NCBI RefSeq assembly: GCF_018350175.1
Contig: NC_058382.1
Location: 54,748,001 to 54,812,000, forward strand
Direction: 5' to 3'
Origin: Felis catus
Taxonomy: Eukaryota
DNA length: 64,000 nt
This document shows, piece by piece, positions 11,865 to 22,568 of this stretch. Both the position numbers and the translations under genes were made by a program. The notes beneath the pieces are model-generated. The model was not told where the DNA came from. It searched no databases and saw nothing but the letters and a program-made list of their open reading frames with translations. Position 1 is the stretch's first letter. Every line of letters begins with the position of its first letter.

Positions 11865-12237
11865 AGGGACTCGCACTTTTAAAACAACAAAAGGATAGTA
11901 TTATCCTTTAAATGTTTGCATTGAGTTCGCTAGTTTATTTAACACACACAAAAGTTGCAATGTAGTGTCAAACACCAGATAAATTTAGGATTTTTATTTT
12001 TAAAAGAATTCAGTGCATAGTGTTAGCTATGGTTTGGCAGGAGGATCTCTGCTTACAGGTGGAGGAGGAAGCTAGCTGCTTTCGGGTCTGCTGTTATACG
12101 GACCCCAGGTAGATGTCATTTGTAGCCTCCACTCGAGGGGCTTAATCCTCTCTGTGGGAATTGTTGCTGTGTGTTTTCAGGGGAAGACCGTGCCCTCTAA
12201 TAATTTGCTCACATGTCTCTCCTCTTTGGGTATACAG

Positions 12238-12349
12238 ATCCTGAAATACGACATTCTCACAAAGTCATCCTTAAAATGGGGACAGGAGCACTGCTGGCCA
12301 GCAGAACCCCTGTTTGTCCCCATGCCGGGTGCCAAGGACGAGGATGATG
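12238..12349 (+). CDS. BCO1: BCO1 coding exon 10, 112 bp
   Basis: tatacag|ATC ... GATG|gtaaga. Encodes ILKYDILTKSSLKWGQEHCWPAEPLFVPMPGAKDEDD(G), with the carotenoid-oxygenase EPxFVPxPGAxxEDDG motif. Confidence 0.97.
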
Positions 12350-12508
12350 GTAAGACTCCAGGAAGGGGAGCCCGCTTGCTTCATTCTGCTTGTGATCGCC
12401 CCTCAGTCAGAGGCGTCATTTGGAGGCAGTGACCCTCCCTCCGCATCCCCCACATCACACTGCCACTGGAGCCAGGCTTTGAAGCCCGGGTCCTTCTGAG
12501 TCCAAAGC

Positions 12509-13046
12509 TGTGAGTTAGGGAGTCCCTCTAAACACCCTCACTGCTGACACCAACTGCAAGTTCAGGGGTCCCCCAGTCCCTGGGTTTCGATAGAAGGAGT
12601 CACAGAACACACCGAAAACTGTTAGGGTTGTGGGTTGTCACAGTGAAAGGATGCAGATTGAAAGAAAAGAGGCTCATGGGACAGAATCCAGGAGATTTCC
12701 ATTCGTGGAGTGTCTGGTTGTCCCAGGAGGTCATGGCCCACCCCAGCTCCAACAGTATCTATGGAATATCACTGACCGAGGCAACTCACCCAAGCCTTGG
12801 GGTCAGAGCTTTTTAGGTGCCTGGTCGTGTACACATGGTTGGTTGGCTGTGTGGTTGATCCTTAGCCTTCAGCCCCTCTGGAGGTCAAGATGACGTCCAA
12901 ATTGCTTTGCTAGGATAGATCATCAGACTGGCCCCAGGTAAATAAAGATATTCTTAGGAGGCAGGACATTACAGGGTCTTCGAGGTCACCTCTCAGGAGG
13001 AAAGGTCAGACCTCCCTTTGCGGGACATTAATTTGTTTACTACACA
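12509..13046 (-). mobile_element. Solo ERV LTR (MER21-group-like), BCO1 intron 10
   Basis: TG...CA termini with a 4-bp TSD AAGC (12505-12508, 13047-13050). The minus-strand start tgtgtagtaaacaaattaatgtcccgcaaagggaggtctgacctt...aatgtcctgcc...tctttatttacctgggg resembles recalled MER21-group LTRs. Confidence 0.7.
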
Positions 13047-14312
13047 AAGCCCACTTCCTTTCCACTTGAGAATTCATTGCAGTGGCTGGGACACAATTCT
13101 TAGCCATCTCTAAGCGTGTACCTTTTGTACGGAGCACCGGTAAACGCACATTTGTGGCCCACCTCTCTTTTGTAGATTTCCGCATGACCAAATGGTCTTT
13201 TCCCTCCTTGATTGGGTCTTTGCCCCAGAATCCTCTGCACACACTTCCGGGGATGCCAAGGCGGGGTCAACTGGGACCACGGGTGGGGCTGTCCACACCT
13301 GCAGGGGAGGGCGAGCTGCCCCACTGGGCCTGCCAGCTGCTTCCCGGAGGTGGGGAGTGGTTTTCTGCCTGGGCTGTGTCTTCCTACTAATCATGCGCGG
13401 CATGGCGCACCAGGCAGGGGGCCCCAGGTTGCTGTCATCTCTGAGGTGGGGGATTGTTCGTAGCACCTCCTGCTGGGGCTGGCCTCCCACTGGCTGGGCC
13501 AGTGCTCCCCCTACATTCTCTGGTGAGCAGGGAGTGGCGTTGTGTTCATTCCACCAAAGGAGAGGCTGAGAAAATGATGTGATTTACCTACAGCCACACA
13601 CCCCGTACCTACCGAGTTAGGATTTTAATCCACGCCAATCTAACTTGGACTATGCTCAACCACCCCGAAGCCCAGAAGGCTTCGGGAGGACTCACGAACA
13701 CTTGTTGTAAGTTTATGTGCATTCTTTCATTTAATCCTACCTCCCTTGAGAGTGAATACTTAGAATATTTCCATTTATTTTTTTACAGAGGGGAAGGCGG
13801 AGGCTACTAGTGTGCTGCTTTGGGCATGAAGTCTATTGGGCTCATTCAAATGCCATCGAGGGCAGCTAGTCTGAGTCTAGCTAGGTGCCATGTATTAGCT
13901 TCAATGCAGCCTCGAAACTAATCCTCTATGATCAGGCTTTCTAAACAGTAGTCCGATAGCCATTCTTCAGTGCACACGATATTTTACAAAATGCTTTCAC
14001 GATTCACCATGCAAGAGATCGTCCCAGCAGCCCTGCAAGGGTAGCGAGAATCATCCTTACTCTGCAGATGAGCAGAGTAAGGGTCGGGGAGGTCAAGGAA
14101 CTGGCCCCCAGCAGGGCTGGAGCCAGGTATTCTGGTTCCTCATTCCTAGTTGCCTCCTGCTCACGCAGAACATCAAATTTGCCTTCCTTTTGTTTTGATT
14201 ACGTCCTTACCTTCAAAGAGGACGGGGAGATACAGCTGAGAAATTTATCCCTCCAGCTGGAGGAAGTTCAAGTCTGCACTTCTACAAAACGTCTCTTTTT
14301 GTTTCCCCAAAG

Positions 14313-14542
14313 GAATTATCTTATCAGCCATCGTCTCTACCGATCCCCAAAAGCTTCCTTTCCTGCTTGTTCTGGATGCCAAAAGTTTCACAGAACTGGC
14401 TCGTGCGTCCATTGACGCAGAGGTGCACCTGGATCTCCACGGGTTATTCATCCCGGACGCAGACGGGGACACGAGGGAGCAGGCCCCTTCCCAGGAACAG
14501 CCGGACAGGGTTCCAGACTGCCATGTGGCCCCATGGACCTGA
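14313..14542 (+). CDS. BCO1: BCO1 last coding exon (exon 11), 230 bp to the TGA stop
   Basis: ttccccaaag|GA. Encodes (G)IILSAIVSTDPQKLPFLLVLDAKSFTELARASIDAEVHLDLHGLFIPDADGDTREQAPSQEQPDRVPDCHVAPWT*, including the iron-ligand His of DLHGLF (His514). Stop TGA at 14540-14542. Confidence 0.97.
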
Positions 14543-15089
14543 GTGGGTTGGGCCTGTGGGCTCGCTTCCTCTCTGGGTGAAGGGGGATCCTTCATTTCCT
14601 TTTGACCTTATGCTTTCTGCGGTGGCTTTGAGACAAAGGTATGGAAATAGTGTCTTTTCTTTCATCTTATTTTGGCCCTAAAACCATTGTTTGAAAGTGG
14701 ATCAAATATGTATTGATTAGCTTAAGCATTTCCAAGAAAGCCCTTTTCCTTTCTTATAAAACCATGCCCAGAAATTGTATTAAGGCACAGAATCATCCTT
14801 CTTAGAATGAGCAACCACTGATGTACCAGAGAAGAGGCAGGTAACTATTTGTCATTGCTCCTTCCTCCTGCCCCTCGTCTCCCTCTTTCCAGTAGACTAG
14901 ACTGTGCATCTGGGAGATCTAGATTTCTCAACCGTGCGTCGTTAGTAAAATCTGTGGCCAGGAAGGCATATTGCCTTGTGGTCATTCCATGCAAGGCATG
15001 GCATAACGTAAAATAATGAAAGTGTTAAAGTCTGTTCCAACCTTATTTAATTTTTACGTGGCTTCTTTTCTCTGAAGTTCTTCTAAGGC

Positions 15090-15095
15090 AATAAA
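15090..15095 (+). terminator. Probable BCO1 polyadenylation signal (AATAAA), implying a 3'UTR of about 570 nt
   Basis: This is the first AATAAA I saw downstream of the BCO1 stop, preceded by U-rich sequence. Its use is inferred. Confidence 0.55.
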
Positions 15096-15829
15096 ATAGA
15101 GTGCAGTTCGTAGCCAGCCAGATGCCCCAGTACAACAGATTGGGACAGCAGATTGGTGTGGCAGTCCCCTTGGCAGGAGAGGGTTAAGGAGCTGGATGGT
15201 GAGCCAGCTAGCCATGGCCAAGGGGCTAGAATCCAGGACCAAGGCCCGGGCCAGGGCTGGCATGAGGAGTTCTTGCCTAATGCTGAGAACCAGGGCAGGG
15301 AGCCCTGCCAGTGTTTGTAGGGGAGAGAAGGCTCCCCAAGCTTAATGTGCTGCCGGGATAGACCAGGTGTTTGGGCAGAGATGGAAGGAGGTTGGTAGTA
15401 GGGATGATGGAAGCTTGGAACACGCCAAGAAGGGTCCCACGTGAGTACTGGGAACCCATGGACATTTGAGTCTCACCTTTATAGTCCAGTGGGTTTGTGG
15501 TATGGAGACCCAAAGGCAGGCAAGATAATCCCCAAGGACCCATGTCATAGGGTCAGAGAAGCTGGGATTCCACCCTTATTCTGCACCTGCCTCCTCTCCT
15601 AAATCTGGATTTCACTCAGTCACCGGTAGAGATTCAGTGACATGTATTGAGACAGGAAGGAATGAATCTCTGGTGACATTGCATGGAATACCCCAGAGCG
15701 GGCAGAGCTCTGAAGGATGGTCTGGACTTTTACCCTGCAAAAACACCATGAAGCCATACTTAGCTCCCACTGAAATGCAGGGTCCATCAGGTCTGGGGGT
15801 TGGGTTTTGTTTTGGGGGTGTTTTTTGGA

Positions 15830-16300
15830 CATTTTTATTTAAATAATTGAAGATTCATGTACGCGTGTAAGAAATAATACAAAAGAGATCCCTCGTGGAC
15901 TTTACCCATTTTTTCCAATGGTAACATTATAGTATAGTTATCACAACCAGGATATGACATTGATCCAGTCCATACATCTTTTTCAGATCCCCCCAGTTTT
16001 ATTTGTATTCGTTGGTGTGCGTGCTTAGTTCTACGCAATTTTATCATGCGTGTAGATTCCTTATTCCACCACCATGATCAAGATACCAAATGGCACATCA
16101 ACACAAGGATTCCGTGGGGTGCTTTCTTATCACTATACCTACCTGTCTCCCACCATGACCTTCCCCCATCCGTAACCCATGGCAACCACCATTTCTAAAA
16201 TTTTATCATTTGAAAACTGCTATATCGATGGAATCACCAGTATTAACTGTTGGGGATTGACTCTTCTCCACAGAATTGCTTCCAGATTCATCCACATTGT
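15830..16300 (-). mobile_element. Old L1 3'UTR fragment
   Basis: gtaagaaataatacaaaagagatccc...atcacaaccaggatatgacattgat...ggcaaccacc pattern of old L1MC/MD-like ends. Confidence 0.6.
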
Positions 16301-16309
16301 TCTACGTTG

Positions 16310-16410
16310 GGTGTGTTTTGTTCACTACTGTATCTTCGGCACCTAGAACACTACCTGGTGCCTCACAGGCTCTCAATAATAAATATTTGTTGAGTGATTG
16401 CACGAGTGAA
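16310..16410 (+). mobile_element. L2 3' end
   Basis: ttgttcactactgtatc...cacctagaaca...ctcaataataaatatttgttgagtga. Confidence 0.7.
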
Positions 16411-18310
16411 TTCCTTCAACACACAGATTGTTGGTCGATAATGTACCAACAAGAAACGGATATTTTGCTAATGTTCTCCTGGGAAGACGAGGAAGACAGT
16501 TCACATGGACCCCAATGACGACACACAGGTTCCTGCCCTGCCATCCCTGACCCCCTCCTCTCTCTCTTTCCCTGTTGGTTCCTCAGATCCCCTCCACCAC
16601 CCCAGTCTTTCCATTTCACCCTCAGCTCATGGATCCCATTAAACAGAAACGTGACCCCTGGAGATGGCAGAATGAAGACCATCTACGCTTCCTTTGGAGA
16701 TCCCAGCACCTCCAGCCTTCATGAGATGGGCCGGGAGGAAATGCCAGCCATGGTGGCCTGAGACCAGCACGACTGAGGTCTGCATTCAGATGGCACGAAC
16801 GGAAAAGAGTCGACAGATGTGACCCTCACCTACTCATTATTCTACTTCAGATATTTGAGAAGAGGGTGGAATTAAAAAGCGCTTCCCCACCCCCACTCTG
16901 CTCGATGCCAATTGCCAAACAGTATCCAGACCTACTCACGAAAAAGGGTGCAGTTCTGCGGGGAAGAAAAATATGTCCGTGGTTTGTTTACCTTGTTCAA
17001 GATGACAGGTGAGATACCAGACTGATGAGGAAGGCTGGCGCACCAAATCTTTTTTCCCCCAGTTTCAAAAACATCACAGGTCAGTGGCAGGATACCCGAT
17101 TTATCTTGACCCTTACCTCCATTGTGTTTCATACACAGGCCAGGGTAATTAGCTCAAAATGTCACAGGAGCTAAGATGCACGCGCCTTTCTTGAAGGCGC
17201 CACAAGGCGGTCCGTCTTATCCTCTGAGCCTTCCTTGTTATGCTTCGTGTGGGTGTAACGCATGACCAGGAAGTTTTACAGGAACAATCAGTCACTCAGA
17301 TTTGTTTGTTGCTTTGATAAAGCCACAGCATTTCACAAGTGCCCTGAGATGTGTCGGGTACTGGGTCAGCCCTCAGATGTTTGCAGACCCACTGACTTTT
17401 TCCTTCAAAGGTTCTTCTACTTTGATTCCAATTCAGGAATAAGCTGGGTGTATACTTGGACGAAGCAACTCACGAGAAATCTCCGCGCTTTCGTGCTACA
17501 TCCACGTTACTGGTTCACGCTGATTTCCTCCCAACCAAAGTTCCCCAGCGTGGGGCTGACGCCATTAGGAAGGGTTGCTGGTCCAGGTTAAGCACAAACA
17601 CCTTTGATCACTTCTTAAGTTGTTCAAAGACTGTTGGGGTGGTTTTTAAATGGCCAAGAGAAGTCTTCCCCTTGGCAAACAAATCAGGACATGCAGAAGA
17701 GTCATTACCACCTTCCTCATCGTCCAACGCTCATGAGGCCTGTGGCCTCTACCTCAACTTCCTTCTAGGCGTATAGCTCAGCCGCCAGGTGCAGACCCAC
17801 AAACAGTCGGCCGTACCAGCTGTTGGGGCACATCGGGAAACAGTCTCTTGAGGGCAAGCACCAGCAAAGAGGCTGAGGATTTTCTTGGACGAGGCGAGCA
17901 GAGAGAGACGTGGAGGCACCATGTTTGGGCAAGGTGGGGATGGGCCAGCCTTCTTTCCTCTTGGTGCTCAGGCAAGGCTTTCCGGAGCCGGGCGCCTTCA
18001 GGAGCGGAGTGTTTGGAGGGAGCTCGTGGCAGACAGCTGTCCTTGCAGGCGGAGGGTGTGCTCAGGAAAAGAGTTGGAGATGGGTGAACAAAGCCTTTGG
18101 AGAGTGAATTCCCCAAAAAAGAGCAGTTGAAAGAGAGAATTAGGTGAATATTTTTCTCTGGTTATAAAAGTCACATGTGTCCATCGTGGAACACCTGGTT
18201 ACATTGAAGAAGGAATGAGAAGAACACGCATAGTCCCACTGTCAAAGGAAAACCCCTGAAATCATTCTGCTGTGGTTTTGTTTTTCAATACTTAAAATAT
18301 TTTTGTGCAT

Positions 18311-18984
18311 GGGGCGCCTGGGTGGCTCAGTCGGTTAAGCATCCGACTTCGGCTCAGGTCATGATCTCACGGTCCATGAGTTTGAGCCCCGCGTCAGGCT
18401 CTGTGCTGACAGCTCAGAACCTGGAGTCTGTTTCAGATTCTGTGTCTCCCTCTTTCTCTCTCCTCCCCCACCCCCTGCTCTGTCTCTCTCTTCTTAAAAA
18501 TAAATAAATGTTTTAAAAAAATATATATTTTTGTGCAGGGGCACCTGGGTGGCTCAGTCGATCAAGCATCTGACTTCGGCTCAGGTCACGATCTCATGGT
18601 TTGTGAGTTCGAGACCCATGCCAGGCTCTGTGCTGACAGGTCAGAGCCTGGAGCCTGCTTCGGATTCTATGTCTCCCTCTCTCTCTCTGTCCCTCCCCTA
18701 CTCATGCTCTGTCTCAAAAATAAACATTAAAAAAAATTTAATTAATTAAATAAAATATTTTGGTACAGGGGTGCCTGGGTGGCCCAGTCAGTTAAGCTTC
18801 CAACTTCGGCTCAGGTCACGATCTCGCCGTTTGTGAGTTCGAGCCCCACATCAGGCTCTGTGCTGACAGCTCAGAGCCTGAAGCCTGCTTCTGATTCTGT
18901 GTCCCCCTGTCTCTCTCTGCCCCTCCCCTGCTCGCACTCTGGCTCTCTCTGTCTCTCAAAAATAAATAAACATTAAAAAAAGTT
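18311..18984 (+). mobile_element. Three head-to-tail CanSINEs (18311-18524, 18538-18751, 18768-18984)
   Basis: Three complete heads and tails, separated and flanked by copies of an AAAATATTTTTGTGCA-like target. Confidence 0.93.
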
Positions 18985-19104
18985 AAAATAGTTTTGTACA
19001 CAAATTATATAGTAGCAGTTAGTTTATAACCTACCTACCAGTTTATAACCTGCTTCTTTCATTTAACGTATGATACAAGTATTTTCTCAAACTACTAAAT
19101 TCTG

Positions 19105-19290
19105 GTTTTTTTAAGTTCATTTATTTGAGAGAGAGAGAGAGAGAGAGAGATCATGTGCTCGCAAGCGGGGGAGGAACAGAGAGGGAAGGAGAGAATCCCA
19201 AGCAGGCTCCCCACTGGCAGCTGAGAACCATGATGGTCTGAGCTGAAATCTAGTGTCAGATGCTTAACCTACTGAGCCAGCCAGGTGCCC
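19105..19290 (-). mobile_element. CanSINE (internally deleted)
   Basis: Reverse SINE flanked by AAAC(T/C)ACTAAATTCT repeats. Confidence 0.85.
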
Positions 19291-19856
19291 CAAACCACTA
19301 AATTCTTCTAGTGGGAGCACATTATTTCATCTTTGGGACATGGCATGATGTATGCTATCCTACCACTGGACATTTAGGTTGTTTCCAATTTCTGACTATT
19401 AGAAATCATGCCAGATCGGTAACTTTGTGCACATGTTTCCAGAGTTCACCCCTCACCCCGCTCTGGATTCAAATGCTTGTTAATGATGTTTTCTTTGGCT
19501 AGGTTCCCAACTTGGTATTTCTTGAGCCAAAGAGTAGAAAAACAAGGTTTTGGGTGTTCTTTGACAGGCCTAAGGTTTTGGTTTGATTCACAGGAAAATG
19601 AGAAGCCATTATAGAATGTGAGAGGTTCGCATGGTCAAAGTGGTTGTAGGGAAATCCACATTTCTCAACAAATAGGAAAAAAAGGGGTACATGGTAATAT
19701 ACCTTTCATCCAAATCCTCCCTTCTTCCTTTTCCCTGTTCTATCTTCTCCGTATCTTTCCATTCTGTATAGACACTTGTTCTTTTTCCGGTATGTATTCA
19801 CTTCACTCATTCGTTTATTTATTCATTCATTCAGTGATAACCAAGCCTATGTTGGC

Positions 19857-19976
19857 AACTGTCCTCAGGGAACTGTCCTCGGGGAACATACCAACACACT
19901 TCAGTGGAACGGTGGTAAGAAAAGGGAACACCCCAACACACTTCAGTGGAACGGTGGTAAGAAAATAGAACACCCC
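19857..19976. repeat. Local tandem duplications (14 bp x2 and 42 bp x2)
   Basis: AACTGTCCTC(A/G)GGG at 19857 and 19871. GGGAACA(TA/CC)CCAACACACTTCAGTGGAACGGTGGTAAGAAAA at 19882 and 19924. Confidence 0.95.
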
Positions 19977-20269
19977 CGGGGACACCCAATGCTACCTTGA
20001 AATCCCTACCCACCCCTGGTTTGGCTGATATATGAAGGATGGCAGCAGGGAACTAGGGGAAATGGGCAATCCAGATAAAGAAACAGCCCTGTGCTTAGGC
20101 CTGGAATCAGAAGAGAAGTTGGAGAATTTAGAAAAAAACTTGAACTTTGGAGTAGAAAGTGGGCAGAAAAGACAAGTTTTCAGCCAGATCCCCAATTCAT
20201 CTGTACTGAGGTAAGAAATGGAGAAATCTCCAGTAGCCTCTTCAAGGACAATCAGGGACTGAGAGTCAT

Positions 20270-21730
20270 TCTTAATAATACTTTTTTGAGATCTAATCCA
20301 TATCCCATAAAATTCACTCATTGAAAGTATACAACTCAATGGTTTTTAGTATATTCAGTGCTGTGTAACAATCACCACTAATTTTAGAACATTTTCATTG
20401 CCCCATGAAAGGAACCCTGTCCCCATTAGCTATCACTCCTCCTTCCACACCCCTACCCCAAATTCTAGGCAACCACAAGTCTACTTTCTATTTCCATGGA
20501 TCTCCCTGTTCCAGACATTTCATATAAATTGCATCACACAGTGTATGAGGGGTTTGTGACAGACTTCTTTCACTCAGCATAATGTTTTCACGTTTGTTTG
20601 TATTGCATGAATCAACACTTCGTTTCTTTTGTGGCCGAATAATGTTCCCTTCTATGAATAGACCACATTTTGTCTATCCATGCATCAGGTGATAGACATC
20701 TGGGTTGTTTACTCTCTTTGGTTGTCATGAATAATGCTGCTGTGAACGAACATTCATGGACCAGTTTCTATGTGGACCTATGTTTTCATTCCTCTTATGT
20801 ATATTCCTAGGAGCAAAACTGCCGTGTCATATGATAACTGTATATTTGACATTTAGAGAAACTGCCAAGCTGCCTTTCAAAGTGACTGCCCCGTTTTACT
20901 TTCCACCAGAAATATATGAGCATTTCAGTATATCCACATCCTTCCTAATTTGTTATGGTCTGATGTTTTTATGTTAGCCATCCTGGATACAATGATGTGG
21001 TGTCTTATGATTTTGATTTGCATTTCCCTAATAGCTAATGATGTTAGACATCCTTCCATGTGCTTATTGGCCATCTGTATGTCTTCTTTGGTGAACTACC
21101 TACTCAAGTCTTTTCCCGTTTTTATTTATTTTTTATTTTTTTTTTCAACGTTTATTTATTTTTGGGACAGAGAGAGACAGAGCATGAACGGGGGAGGGGC
21201 AGAGAGAGAGGGAGACACAGAATCGGAAACAGGCTCCAGGCTCTGAGCCATCAGCCCAGAGCCCGACGCGGGGCTCGAACTCACGGACCGCGAGATCGTG
21301 ACCTGGCTGAAGTCGGACGCTTAACCGACTGCGCCACCCAGGCGCCCCTCTTTTCCCGTTTTTAGACTGGGTATTTGTCTTTTTATTGTTGAGTTGTGAG
21401 GGTTCTTTATATATTATAAATGTAAATCCCTTATCAAGTATGTGATTTGCAATGTTTTCTCCCATTTTGTGGGTGATCTTTATTTTCTTGATGGTGCCAT
21501 TTGAAGTACAAAATTTTAAGATTTTGGTGAAGTCTACTTTATGTAATTTTTCTTCTGTTTCTTCTGTCATATCCAAGAAATCATTACTTAACCCATGGTC
21601 CCAAAGATACGTTACTGTTTGCTTTTATGAATTGGATGGCTTTAGCACTTACATTTAGGTCTGTGATCCATTTTGAGTTAATTTTCGCAGACAGTGTGAT
21701 GTGTATGGGTATCCGGTTGTGCCAGCATCA
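20270..21730 (-). mobile_element. Old L1 (L1M-type) ORF2 end/3'UTR, interrupted by a young SINE
   Basis: Antisense L1 motifs (ttgatttgcatttccctaatagctaatgatgtt...tgcttattggccatctgtatgtcttctttgg; tttgcaatgttttctccca). Confidence 0.85.
21125..21348 (-). mobile_element. Young CanSINE nested in L1
   Basis: Perfect 16-bp TSD TCTTTTCCCGTTTTTA (21109-21124, 21349-21364). CpGs are retained. Confidence 0.95.
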
Positions 21731-22343
21731 AAGTCACTTTTTAGGGTTGATAAATCTTGCAGGCAGGAAATAAAAATGTGTCTCCTTTTCTTCCGTCATT
21801 CTGTAGAAGATGTTTCCTTCAGCCAGCAAGAAGGAGCTGTAGGGCAGCTCTCCGGTGACCCCAGCGAGGCCTTGGTTCAGAAACAGGGAAGCCAAGATGG
21901 AAGGGCTCAGTCAGTGGTGGTTCCCATGGCTCCTCTGTGTTGGAGGCTTAACATCCTCCCTCCGTCTTCATCACTGGGTCTTGGCAAACTTCCAGGTAAG
22001 TCTAGCATATGTGTGTTCAGTTCACAGTCATATGCTCTGGTGGGATTTTCCAGTATTTTCTTTCTTTAAGTACATCCACTGTGTTCCAGGAGGGCGGAGG
22101 GTGACTGGTCTTCCTAGAGGTCCTACCCATCCCAGGAGGAAAAAAAGATGGTGGGCGGCTCTGAAGCTAGTGAGAAGCATGAGTTCCCTCATTTTGTCTT
22201 CAGTCTGCCATTGGGTTGAGCAAGCTAGAGACTTAGCCTAGTTCAAAGTTTGTTAAATTACCGTCGGGATGAACATGGGAGGAACAGTGATGGCTACATC
22301 ACTCATGGGTCTTCTCCGGTAAGGGCAGGAACTGAGCTTTCTT

Positions 22344-22568
22344 TTTTTTTTTAATTTTTTTTCAACGTTTTTTATTTATTTTTGGGACAGAGAGAGACAG
22401 AGCATGAATGGGGGAGGGGCAGAGAGAGAGGGAGACACAGAATCAGAAGCAGGCTCCAGGCTCCGAGCCATCAGCCCAGAGCCTAATGCGGGGCTCGAAC
22501 TCACGGACCGTGAGATCGTGACCTGGCTGAAGTCGGACGCTTAACCAACTGCGCCACCCAGGCGCCCT
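22344..22568 (-). mobile_element. Young CanSINE
   Basis: Perfect 16-bp TSD GGAACTGAGCTTTCTT (22328-22343, 22569-22584). Confidence 0.95.

Noticed and set aside
19882..19965. 42-bp direct repeats resembling a CRISPR array
   Set aside because: The units are contiguous with no spacers, there are only two copies, there are no cas genes, and the DNA is mammalian.
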